A program made the translations under genes and the position numbers. The notes under the pieces were generated by a model that did not search any database, had not been told where the DNA came from, and saw nothing but the letters and a program-made list of their open reading frames with translations. From IMG/VR virus record IMGVR_UViG_3300036670_000273, positions 1 through 63,994 of that record: a DNA stretch of 63,994 nucleotides; one strand, 5' to 3'. Origin of the DNA: a virus (taxonomy: Duplodnaviria; Caudoviricetes). Below, piece by piece: positions 1 through 8,494 of this stretch; position 1 is the first letter of the stretch, and every line of letters starts with the position of its first letter.

Positions 1-144
1 ATCTTCAATTTCTTTAGCAGCATCTTCTTCAAGTTTCTTGGCAGCCTCATCACTAATACCATCTAGCTTTAGTTTTTTAGGCTCTCCTTTTTTATTGATT
101 GCATCTTCAATTTCTTTAGCAGCATCTTCTTCAAGTTTCTTGGC
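1..144. repeat. 42-bp exact direct repeat (1-42 and 103-144; 34-codon period)
   Basis: atcttcaatttctttagcagcatcttcttcaagtttcttggc occurs twice and encodes AKKLEEDAAKEIED on the - strand. Confidence 0.9.
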
Positions 145-423
145 TATAGCTTCTTTAATTGTTAACTTCATACTTTTTGTAGATCCTTTTGCATTAAGTT
201 CATCTTCTATTTCTTTAGCTCTATCTTCGCTAATGTCTTGTTTCATTGTAACTTCTTTGACTAAAGCTTCTAATTTAATTAAAAGATTTTTTTCTTTTTT
301 AAGTTCATGAATGTTGTTAAATCCCATTCCTTTTATTAATTCAAGTAAAGCGTTAGAGTCTATTGATTCTAATATAGATTTAGGTTGGTTTATTTCAGTT
401 GAAAACTTTTTGATAGGGTTCAT
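1..423 (-). CDS. Acidic/basic helical repeat protein, truncated by the window edge (possible prohead core/scaffold or internal head protein)
   Basis: Not in ORF track. Hand translation from ATG at 423 is open to base 1: MNPIKKFSTEINQ...AKKLEEDAAKEIEDAINKKGEPKKLKLDGISDEAAKKLEEDAAKEIED. Preceded by GATATATA motif. Confidence 0.7.
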   Translation of the reverse strand, partial: MNPIKKFSTEINQPKSILESIDSNALLELIKGMGFNNIHELKKEKNLLIKLEALVKEVTMKQDISEDRAKEIEDELNAKGSTKSMKLTIKEAIAKKLEEDAAKEIEDAINKKGEPKKLKLDGISDEAAKKLEEDAAKEIED

Positions 424-451
424 TATATGTTTGTTTTTTTAGTAATTTATA

Positions 452-459
452 TATATATC
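452..459 (-). promoter_or_regulatory. Putative phage late-promoter motif RATATATA
   Basis: GATATATA ~30 bp upstream of ATG at 423; recurs upstream of many genes. Confidence 0.5.
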
Positions 460-485
460 AATGTTTATTTAAAAGATAATTTAGT

Positions 486-1421
486 TTAGATTTTTATATC
501 TTGTACATCAAATGGAAAGTTTTCTTCTTTATAAATTTTACGACGTTCTACACCATGTCGGTATACATAGTTTACCCAATCATGATCTTCAGACTTAATC
601 CTAAAATCATCAATAAAATCGTAAATTTTAACAACGTCCTTATTTGAATGTAATCGTAAGCCTCTACCAATAGATTGTCTTATAATAACCTCGGACTTAA
701 AAGATTCTGTAAAAAACACGTTATGTATATTTTTAATAGATATACCGGTAGAAAACGTACCAAATGATGCTACAATAATAACATCATCATTTTTTTCCAT
801 TCTAGATTTAAACTCTTCTCTAATATCAGCATTTATGGAACCATCTACGTAATACACTTTTTTATTAGTAATTTCTCTAAGCTTTTGATAAAGTTTTTCG
901 CCATACGCTATTTTATGAAATAATACCAATGAGTTAGCTGTTGATTTTTTAATTACATTACAAACAAAATTTAATCTAACTTCATTTTCATTAATGAAAT
1001 TCTGTTCTAATGCAAATAGTTTTTGGCGATCTTGTGGGTTTTTAGAAAGATGTGAAAATGCTTCTTTTTGTGCAGTTGTTGCATAATCAATATGAATTTG
1101 TAAAACTTTACACTTTGCAATGTGACCTTCATCTTGTAAATAGTTTGCTTTAATTTGAGTAACTAAAGGACCCATTGCTGACATAAGACTAAGTCTATTA
1201 ACAGTTCCTTTTTTTGGTATGGTACCACTTAAGCCAAATCGGTAGTCACAGTGCCAGCATTTATCCATAATACTCTGAATTGATGCTGCTTTAGCTTGAT
1301 GACAATTACTTACATTTTGATTGTTTGCAATATAATTATGATTTAAACCGCTTTCTGATTTAATTCTTAAATTATATACATCACCCGTATAATCTATTTT
1401 TCTTATTGATTTAATTTTCAT
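486..1421 (-). CDS. uvsW: Split-intein C-half (39 aa) fused to C-terminal part of a UvsW-like SF2 helicase
   Basis: MKIKSIRKIDYTGDVYNL...HNYIANNQNVSN|CHQAKA, then helicase motif III (GLSGT), V (ASFGTFSTGISI) and VI (QSIGRGLR). Confidence 0.9.
   Translation of the reverse strand: MKIKSIRKIDYTGDVYNLRIKSESGLNHNYIANNQNVSNCHQAKAASIQSIMDKCWHCDYRFGLSGTIPKKGTVNRLSLMSAMGPLVTQIKANYLQDEGHIAKCKVLQIHIDYATTAQKEAFSHLSKNPQDRQKLFALEQNFINENEVRLNFVCNVIKKSTANSLVLFHKIAYGEKLYQKLREITNKKVYYVDGSINADIREEFKSRMEKNDDVIIVASFGTFSTGISIKNIHNVFFTESFKSEVIIRQSIGRGLRLHSNKDVVKIYDFIDDFRIKSEDHDWVNYVYRHGVERRKIYKEENFPFDVQDIKI
1305..1421 (-). other. Split intein C-fragment (IntC)
   Basis: Block F VYNL...HNY, block G ending S-N, followed by Cys+1 (codon 1302-1304); basic N-terminus. 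Confidence 0.9.
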
Positions 1422-1442
1422 ATAACGTGTTAAGTTGATTAA

Positions 1443-2114
1443 TTAAACTTTGCTAACACTAACATTAACTTTAACACCCGATGTTAGTGTAGTATCAGTA
1501 GCTTGTTCATTTACATTTACGGTTACCTTTTTAGATAATTTTATTTTAAATGTATCGGACCATGGTATAAATAAATTACCATCAGCAACTACTTCAAGTT
1601 TAATAATACCAATATCACCTTCCTTTAAAATTCCTAATTTTTTTATAGGAACAATACATTTACCATTAGCAATAATCCCTGGAAAAACAAGAGACCATTC
1701 TGTTGTTTCAATTATAATTCTTGTATAAGATTCTGCAATATTAGCTCCTTCTATTGATATATCACAAGAAAATTCCTCGTTAATATCTTTATATAGTTTG
1801 TAATGCTTATCATCTTCAGCTAATATAGGAGGTGTAACTGGTAAAAGTGTTTCCTGTACTAATTCAGCTTCTTTTTCAATTATTTTAATCAGTTCAACTA
1901 CTTCGGCCTCAATTGGCAGTATATCTTCAACTAAAATTGGTTCAGCTGCTTCAGCTTCAATTGGCAGTATGTCTTCAACTAAAATTGGTTCAACTGATTC
2001 AGCTTCTTGTATAACTGGAATTATCTGAGACTTATTATCAGTTGTAGAATTAATACTATGTTTAGTATTCTTTTCCATGAAGTCTTTAAAACTAAAAACA
2101 TCAATGTTTTTCAT
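1443..2114 (-). CDS. Hypothetical virion-associated protein with CTS-like N-terminus and internal 16-aa duplication
   Basis: Starts MKNIDVFSFKDFME; EPILVEDILPIEAE twice (48-bp period, ~1910-1992); AATATATA at 2146-2153. Confidence 0.7.
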   Translation of the reverse strand: MKNIDVFSFKDFMEKNTKHSINSTTDNKSQIIPVIQEAESVEPILVEDILPIEAEAAEPILVEDILPIEAEVVELIKIIEKEAELVQETLLPVTPPILAEDDKHYKLYKDINEEFSCDISIEGANIAESYTRIIIETTEWSLVFPGIIANGKCIVPIKKLGILKEGDIGIIKLEVVADGNLFIPWSDTFKIKLSKKVTVNVNEQATDTTLTSGVKVNVSVSKV

Positions 2115-2167
2115 AAATTTTACTATTTTTTATTACTTACTATATTATATATTGAAAATTAATATTG

Positions 2168-2515
2168 TTAGTTTTTATTTTTTAAAACCTTAACGTTAAT
2201 CGTTATACGTTCTCTAATACTATGCTCAATAAATAATGAAAAATCAGATCCAATTACTTTAATATTTTCATCAATTTCACGTGATTCATTATATACAAAA
2301 CCTTTATATTTACAATAAAGTTTAATGATCCGTTTTGTTTTTTCATCACCGAGATCTTTTTTAAGTCTTTCTTTAGGATGCCCATAAACAGAATGGCCAC
2401 CTGCTCTTTTTATTATAAAATCAACTTCAATTAAAATAGATACATCTGACCAAATGTCATTAGTAGTTTTCCAAAAACTAACTTCATTCCATTTAAGATA
2501 TTTTTTTTGTGACAT
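2168..2515 (-). CDS. Hypothetical protein
   Basis: 115-aa ORF co-oriented with neighbours; Trp-spaced N-terminus. Confidence 0.7.
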   Translation of the reverse strand: MSQKKYLKWNEVSFWKTTNDIWSDVSILIEVDFIIKRAGGHSVYGHPKERLKKDLGDEKTKRIIKLYCKYKGFVYNESREIDENIKVIGSDFSLFIEHSIRERITINVKVLKNKN

Positions 2516-2547
2516 ACCTATATTTTAATTACTAAGTCATATTTAAT

Positions 2548-2585
2548 TAAATAAGCTTACCTATTTAAATAGATAAGCTTATTTA
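2548..2585 (-). terminator. 38-bp near-perfect palindrome (terminator or processing hairpin)
   Basis: taaataagcttacctattt/aaatagataagcttattta; the single mismatch is a G-U pair on the - strand RNA; directly after the 693-aa gene. Confidence 0.55.
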
Positions 2586-2596
2586 TTATTATTATT

Positions 2597-4678
2597 TTAA
2601 ACCATACTTATATATCCAATACCTGAACCTGTGATTGCACTAATAGCCGTAGTATTAAATTCTAGGTTGCTATAAGCACCAATGTGGGTTCTACCAATCT
2701 GATCGCCAATTGCTGCCGTACCTACCATGCTCAACTGAACACCTTCTGGTGAACGGAATCTAATTGGTGTTTCAACTGCTCCAATACCCTGTTGTCTGTA
2801 AGTTACCATAAGTATTTTCGCTGGTACACCGCTTCCAAATGAAACCCAGTTATTAGCTGTTGGAGTTGTTGATGATAATAATAATGTTTGAAGTGATTTC
2901 AAGTAAGTAACCGCTGATGCAGAACCTGCTAATGCTGCAACTGCTACTGTAGATGTAAATATAGCTGCTTTGGCTATTGAACTACCAAACAGAGATCCTA
3001 GTAAAGTATTGTTAGAAACATAGCTTGCCATTGCTGGTGCTGAATTTACTATTAATCCAATTGCTACTGCGTTTCCTATTGCTATCTCAAAATTAGAATT
3101 ATCTCCAAGTGCTGTAAGTGCTGCTGGATTAGCAACGAATCCTGTCATAATAAGACTATTTCCAACTACTATACTAAAGTTTGCACTTGTAGCTAAGGCA
3201 AGCATCGCGTCTGCGTTAGTTGCTAATACTTCTGATGCTCCTGCGTTTTCATTTACTAGTGTTAAAGCTGATGCTTTAGCTATGATTTGAGTAAAGGTTG
3301 ACATTATTAAAGTTATTCCTGCAAGATTATAAGTTATTGCAAAAGCATTATCTTCGTAGTAGGGGCTATCTTTAAATTCACCCCATCTTGTAACATTTGC
3401 ATTAATAGAGGTTATTGAAACGGTATTATTGGATACCGCTGTCATTGCTGTTTCAGAGTTAAAAATAATATCTCTTATTCCTACTGTAGAGGTCTCTCCA
3501 ACTAAAATTCCAACAGATATTGAATTAGCTGATAATTTAGCCATTCCTACGGTGTCGTTAATGGCAAGCGTTAAATTAGCGTGAGTAGATAACGCTGTTA
3601 TACCTGCTGAATTACCAGCAAGCGCAGTCATTATTACTGAATCACCTTTTACAAGTGAAAAATTTGTGCTTGTAGCTATGTTAACCATTGCCGTATTATT
3701 GCTAGCCAATGCAGCCATAATAACTGTATTACTTGTTACGATAGAAAGATTAGCGCTTGCACCCAATGTTAGCATTGCATCACTACTTGAAGCTAATGCT
3801 TCGGATGCGCCTTCATTTGCGTTAACTGCTCCTATTGCAACAGCGTCATTTATAATATCGTCAATTGTTGCAAAAGATAAAGGGTCAACTCCTGCTAGGT
3901 TTGCTATTGTATTTTTTAAATTTGCCACAAAGAAATCACTACCTTTATAGGAAGCTCTTGCAACACTATTAGCATATATGGTATCTACCGCTATCTTACT
4001 ATTGGAAATAGCAGCTACAGCCAATGCCTTTGTAGAGAGTTCTAACATAGCTATTGTGCTATTAGCAATAGCTGTCATACTTCTTTGAGAAAACGTGATA
4101 TAGCTTAAAGCAGTTGCATTTGTAGCTACAAGCTCCATACCTATACTATTGACTGATGTTCTTAAAACTAAATCATCATCTTCTATGATAGCTCTAATTG
4201 CATTAGTACTAGCTATGATTTGTGCCATTGCTACAGGGTCTGCAAACACATAGTTTCTGTCAGGATATACTACTAAGTCTAGCCCAGCAAAAACCGCAGC
4301 AGCATAACCAAGATTATCTATAGCATAGGGACTTTGCAAGTATACGTCCCACGCTACTTGATTATTTATGATTGTAGTTAAAGTTGATAGGCTAAGCGAC
4401 ACATTAAGCATTGCTAAAGGACTTGCAGCCATTGCTTGTGCTGCTGTTGAATTATTTATACTAGCTGCTCCAAAAACTGAAGCCGTTGCAATTGAGCTAC
4501 CAATAATAGCAGACACTGCTAATTGGTTTGCTGCTAAACTTCGTGTTTCACTTCTCATTGAAAGTGTTTCTTCAAAACCTGCTTTTACACCTGGGTCGGC
4601 TAGTTTTGTTTCAAATTCTGGTCCAAGTACTGTTCCTGATTTTACCGCAGTTAGCAGTCTTCTTGTTGATAATTGCAT
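2597..4678 (-). CDS. Ala/Ser/Asn-rich repeat protein, probably virion/tail-associated
   Basis: 693 aa; ~10-residue periodicity (SxxAMxAIAN) and three larger repeats starting YLQSPY/YKGSDF/FKDSPY...AG. Confidence 0.7.
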   Translation of the reverse strand: MQLSTRRLLTAVKSGTVLGPEFETKLADPGVKAGFEETLSMRSETRSLAANQLAVSAIIGSSIATASVFGAASINNSTAAQAMAASPLAMLNVSLSLSTLTTIINNQVAWDVYLQSPYAIDNLGYAAAVFAGLDLVVYPDRNYVFADPVAMAQIIASTNAIRAIIEDDDLVLRTSVNSIGMELVATNATALSYITFSQRSMTAIANSTIAMLELSTKALAVAAISNSKIAVDTIYANSVARASYKGSDFFVANLKNTIANLAGVDPLSFATIDDIINDAVAIGAVNANEGASEALASSSDAMLTLGASANLSIVTSNTVIMAALASNNTAMVNIATSTNFSLVKGDSVIMTALAGNSAGITALSTHANLTLAINDTVGMAKLSANSISVGILVGETSTVGIRDIIFNSETAMTAVSNNTVSITSINANVTRWGEFKDSPYYEDNAFAITYNLAGITLIMSTFTQIIAKASALTLVNENAGASEVLATNADAMLALATSANFSIVVGNSLIMTGFVANPAALTALGDNSNFEIAIGNAVAIGLIVNSAPAMASYVSNNTLLGSLFGSSIAKAAIFTSTVAVAALAGSASAVTYLKSLQTLLLSSTTPTANNWVSFGSGVPAKILMVTYRQQGIGAVETPIRFRSPEGVQLSMVGTAAIGDQIGRTHIGAYSNLEFNTTAISAITGSGIGYISMV

Positions 4679-4702
4679 AAATTTTATTTTAATTTGATTT
4701 TT

Positions 4703-5311
4703 CTACTTTGTTACAAAAAAAGGTGTTAATCTACTTGTTTCATCTTCATCAAGTTCATCTCTAAAATTTCTATCGTCGGTTGCCCATGCAGATTGTAAAT
4801 CAGGAGCTGCTACATTTAAAAGCCACTGTCCGAATGGAATTGATGTTACTGGGTCTACTGCGGTAAAGCAGGTTTCGTCATCATCAGGTTCTAAGGTTGA
4901 TTGTACAAATATTAAAAGCCCAATACCTTCTATAACTACTGAATCATCAACTGATGCTAAGGGTAAAGTAGGTGTTCTTAAATTTCCCCTATTTTCATAT
5001 GTTAAAGTTTCAAGCTCTGTTTTGCTTCTCTCTATTACTAAAGGAGTGCCACCAACAATAGATTGACCATTTATAGTAACTAAATCATCTATATTTGCTT
5101 TTAAATTTAGCGCAGTAACGGCGGCGTCGCTTAAAGGTTTATCAAAATCTGATGTATTATCTACATTATCAAGTTCATTAGCAACTCTATCTATAGTATC
5201 AGCAAACTGATCAACCGCATCTGCTACAATTAGTTGTTGAGCTATAACTGCGGTTGATAACGCTGTTGTTGCTGTTGTTAATGCTGCTATTAATTCTTCA
5301 GTTGTTGCCAT
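4703..5311 (-). CDS. Tail-fibre-like protein
   Basis: LDNVDNTSDFDKPLSDAAVTALNLKAN and TINGQSI motifs, common in phage fibre proteins. Confidence 0.6.
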   Translation of the reverse strand: MATTEELIAALTTATTALSTAVIAQQLIVADAVDQFADTIDRVANELDNVDNTSDFDKPLSDAAVTALNLKANIDDLVTINGQSIVGGTPLVIERSKTELETLTYENRGNLRTPTLPLASVDDSVVIEGIGLLIFVQSTLEPDDDETCFTAVDPVTSIPFGQWLLNVAAPDLQSAWATDDRNFRDELDEDETSRLTPFFVTK

Positions 5312-5312
5312 G

Positions 5313-5516
5313 TTATCTATTTAATAGTGTAATTAATAAAGCTTGTGTGTTAATTAAATTTGTACTTACAACAAATAATGGTTCAATTGCTTTATTTTCT
5401 GATTCTACTACAGAATCAGAAATAAGTTGTGAAACTCCATCTCGGAGAGATACACATGTATCTAATAGTGATGTTGTTTGTGTAGTTAGGTCAGATATTA
5501 CAGCTTCAATTGTCAT
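5313..5516 (-). CDS. Small helical protein (likely start MTIEAV)
   Basis: Track ORF 5313..5540; ATG at 5516 preferred; ends with STNLINTQALL motif. Confidence 0.65.
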   Translation of the reverse strand: MTIEAVISDLTTQTTSLLDTCVSLRDGVSQLISDSVVESENKAIEPLFVVSTNLINTQALLITLLNR

Positions 5517-5715
5517 ATGATTTAAAAATAAATTTTGCAAATACGTTTTGCGTTTGAATTAAATTAGTTGCTAATCTAATTTGCGAAATAACAGAATAAC
5601 CAATATCAAGTGTTTCACCTAATCCATTAAAGAACATGCCGCTTTCATCAGTTTGTACTAATCTTTGGAATGTAGCAGATATCTCTTCTTCTGTTAAATC
5701 TAAAGGGTTACTCAT
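5506..5715 (-). CDS. Small hypothetical protein, possibly chimeric
   Basis: 69 aa; C-terminal ATNLIQTQ matches STNLINTQ of the neighbour; GATATATA at 5738-5745. Confidence 0.65.
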   Translation of the reverse strand: MSNPLDLTEEEISATFQRLVQTDESGMFFNGLGETLDIGYSVISQIRLATNLIQTQNVFAKFIFKSYDN

Positions 5716-5757
5716 TTGTTTATTAATTATATTAGTTTATATATCTCTATTTATTTT

Positions 5758-6759
5758 TTAACAATTATTAATGACTTGATAATCAGAAAAACTTAATATT
5801 TCATCATCCGTTGTTAATTCATCAACTCTTTTATAAATACCTGTAATTAATTTAACTTTATGATTTCCTGTAATTTTAATAATAGAAAGATCAGCCATTT
5901 CTAATTCAAACATTTGATTACCATGTGATAAATTCTTATGAACATAATCAACTTGATTATGTTCAACTTCTAAAGTTTTATCATTAATAGTTTTAACCCA
6001 ATCACCTTCTTTAATTTTTGAAATTAGTTTAGTACTACCATCAGTTAACATAATTTGTGTATCAGGATGTAAACATTCATCTACAAATACTGCATCAAAT
6101 TGACTAAAATATTCTTCATCATATTTAACAAGAGATTGATATGTGCCAATGACAATATTTGAGCTAGGTCTAAGTTTAACGCCAGCATAAATTTGTTGAA
6201 TTTTTATAGGTACTCTACTTTTATTATACTGCTCAAAATCGCCAGATGCCTGAACAACAAGACTGACATTCGGAACAATCATAAGTATTTTTTTCTTACT
6301 TAATTGTTCAAGCATATAAGCAACAACAATAAATGAAATTAATGTTTTACCAGCTGATGTTGCTAATTCTGCTAAGCATCTCCTGTATCTTAATATTTTA
6401 AAAGCAGCATCTACTTGATAATCTCTTGGTTTTATATCAGCCTTTTCAAAAAAATCAATAACCCAAGAATTAAAGTTGTCAATATTTAATTCAGAATCAA
6501 AAATATCTGTAATTTTGTTTAAAGTAAATTTTAAATCGTATTCTTTACAAATATCAATAACTTCTTTCCAAAGCCCTGCTGGTATTTTATTACCCTTAAT
6601 AAAAGTAATATTTCCATCCCATATTTTCTTTTTCACAAGAGGATGAAACCGCCACCCTTCTATTTTCTTAGTAAGGCTAGATTTTAACTGCTCATATTCT
6701 AATTCAGTACATGAATCAATAACTAAAAATTTTTTATTGTCTGTAAGTGATAATTCCAT
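5758..6759 (-). CDS. uvsW: N-terminal part of a UvsW-like SF2 helicase fused to split-intein N-half
   Basis: Q motif PRDYQ, Walker A ATSAGKT, Ia IVPNVSLVVQ, TYQSL, Walker B VFVDE followed by CLHPDT (intein block A); lies after UvsY, primase and gp32. Confidence 0.9.
   Translation of the reverse strand: MELSLTDNKKFLVIDSCTELEYEQLKSSLTKKIEGWRFHPLVKKKIWDGNITFIKGNKIPAGLWKEVIDICKEYDLKFTLNKITDIFDSELNIDNFNSWVIDFFEKADIKPRDYQVDAAFKILRYRRCLAELATSAGKTLISFIVVAYMLEQLSKKKILMIVPNVSLVVQASGDFEQYNKSRVPIKIQQIYAGVKLRPSSNIVIGTYQSLVKYDEEYFSQFDAVFVDECLHPDTQIMLTDGSTKLISKIKEGDWVKTINDKTLEVEHNQVDYVHKNLSHGNQMFELEMADLSIIKITGNHKVKLITGIYKRVDELTTDDEILSFSDYQVINNC
5761..6075 (-). other. Split intein N-fragment (IntN, 105 aa)
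   Basis: Cys1 = residue 229 (codon 6073-6075); block B ITGNHKV (TxxH); acidic tail RVDELTTDDEI; stops with no blocks F/G and no endonuclease. Confidence 0.9.
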
Positions 6760-7208
6760 TATATTTGTTCATCATCGAGTCTAATGCGATTTCTTATAGC
6801 GAAAGCTAAATTGTCAAGGGTTTTAATACAATCATAATAATAATCAACATGAGATTGTAATAAATCCATTTGTGTTCTTAATGAGGATAAATCTGCCTTT
6901 ATAAATTGATGTTTTTCGCCGCTCGTTAGTTTAACATCATAATTTAAAGTATACTCTCTATATTGTGATCTATAGTATCTATCCCAAGTACCATTTCTTT
7001 TATATATCATTGTTTTAAAATCAGTAACTTTATCTAAAAGAATTTGTCTATACGATAACATATTAACTTGGCAATCAGATAATTCATTCATATTTTTAAT
7101 TTTATGAACAAGTGTATTGATTTTATCTTTCCACTCTACTCTATCTTTTGATAATCTAGGCTCTAGTTCATCATTAGCAGCTCTTGTTTGTTCATCATCA
7201 AATGCCAT
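6759..7208 (-). CDS. uvsY: UvsY-like recombination mediator
   Basis: 149-aa helical protein with IKAD...CIKTLDNLAFAIRNRI resembling the UvsY C-terminus; adjacent to uvsW as in T4-like phages. Confidence 0.7.
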   Translation of the reverse strand: MAFDDEQTRAANDELEPRLSKDRVEWKDKINTLVHKIKNMNELSDCQVNMLSYRQILLDKVTDFKTMIYKRNGTWDRYYRSQYREYTLNYDVKLTSGEKHQFIKADLSSLRTQMDLLQSHVDYYYDCIKTLDNLAFAIRNRIRLDDEQI

Positions 7209-7426
7209 TAGAAAATACCTTTATTTTTGTTTGTATTCATTATCTTTAGTTTAGGTTGAAATTTTTTTTTAAATTCATTTACTTTAATTTCAGTACGTTC
7301 ATAGTTGTAAGAAAATGTTGAAAACGTGGAAAAAAGTCTTATGTTTTTTTTACTATTAGCAAAATCTTCAAAAAAGTCATCTAATTGCTCATTTACAAAA
7401 GAGCTAAATGTTTTTAAATTGTTCAT
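7208..7426 (-). CDS. Small protein with CTS-like N-terminus
   Basis: MNNLKTFSSFVNE; start and stop overlap both neighbours. Confidence 0.7.
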   Translation of the reverse strand: MNNLKTFSSFVNEQLDDFFEDFANSKKNIRLFSTFSTFSYNYERTEIKVNEFKKKFQPKLKIMNTNKNKGIF

Positions 7427-8490
7427 ATAAAAATAAGATCTAAATGATTATTTGTAAAATAGTTTTCTAAATGCTGTAAACATCCTGTTCTATTTTGATA
7501 TTCATATTTAACAAGATCATTCAAATCTTTAACCTTTTTGCTAGGTATATTATAATCGCCTAAAAACTTGCTCCAAAGAAACACAGTTTGACCAGACTTA
7601 AGTTTTTCAATCATTTTAATTTTACCTTCATAATCATTATCAAAAAAATATCTTGTAGTTGGAATTTCATTAAAGTCTACAATTTGTTTCTTAACACCAG
7701 TTAAACCTATCGAATTAGTCATAAACATAGCATCAATAGGACCTTCAAACACAGTAAAGTTACGACTTAAATCTGCAGTTAAAATACCAAATAACATAGA
7801 TATTTTATTTAGATTATCTGTATCTTCATCTGACATCTCTATAGGCTTTTTTAATCTATCATATATTCTTTGGATGTTCCATGTTTGATATTTAGGACCA
7901 CTGCCATCTAAATCTCTAGTTTGAAAACCTACAATTTTGTTATCTGCAGTTAAGTTAAAAACATATAATTCTTTACGACGAGGATCATATCCGAATTGCT
8001 TTAATTTATGATGAAGCAATCTACTTTTTAAATATGGATATGCTCGATAAGTTAATTCATTAATTGGATAGATGTTAAAGCCAAGTGATAATTCATCAAA
8101 TGTTAAAGCAAGTTCTTTGATTTTATCGAATAAATAAAAATCTAAAGATTCGCCATAAGATATACTTTTTTTATTTTCTTTAATGTAATTTAAAACATTA
8201 ACTCGATCATCACCTTCAAAATTTTCATTAAAATCTTGTAAAAATGAATCTAGTGATACATGCTCTGAACAGTTGTAACAGTGAATGTATAAATCATTCC
8301 AATAAAGGTTTCCTCGTTTTTTTCGTGTGTTTGTTGTAGAGTCTCCGCAATATGGACATGCAAAATTTAAACGATCTCTGCCTTCTAATAATTGTCTTTT
8401 GTCTGAGTGTGTATGATTACAATGAAGAACTCGGATTACTTTATCAATAATCCGAGATCTCATTTCAGAAGAAATTACTTCTGTTGTCAT
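7423..8490 (-). CDS. DNA primase (T4 gp61-like)
   Basis: Zn ribbon CPYCGDS...HCYNC; TOPRIM EGPID and FFDND; KDLND. Confidence 0.9.
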   Translation of the reverse strand: MTTEVISSEMRSRIIDKVIRVLHCNHTHSDKRQLLEGRDRLNFACPYCGDSTTNTRKKRGNLYWNDLYIHCYNCSEHVSLDSFLQDFNENFEGDDRVNVLNYIKENKKSISYGESLDFYLFDKIKELALTFDELSLGFNIYPINELTYRAYPYLKSRLLHHKLKQFGYDPRRKELYVFNLTADNKIVGFQTRDLDGSGPKYQTWNIQRIYDRLKKPIEMSDEDTDNLNKISMLFGILTADLSRNFTVFEGPIDAMFMTNSIGLTGVKKQIVDFNEIPTTRYFFDNDYEGKIKMIEKLKSGQTVFLWSKFLGDYNIPSKKVKDLNDLVKYEYQNRTGCLQHLENYFTNNHLDLIFI

Positions 8491-8494
8491 TGTA

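Noticed and set aside
1422-5757. Homing endonuclease between the intein halves
   Set aside because: No LAGLIDADG, HNH, GIY-YIG or Vsr-like motif is recognisable in the six intervening ORFs.
486-6759. Helicase halves as pseudogene fragments or an intron-split gene
   Set aside because: Both frames are intact, the break is flanked exactly by complementary intein blocks, and the gap contains ordinary genes rather than group I/II intron features.
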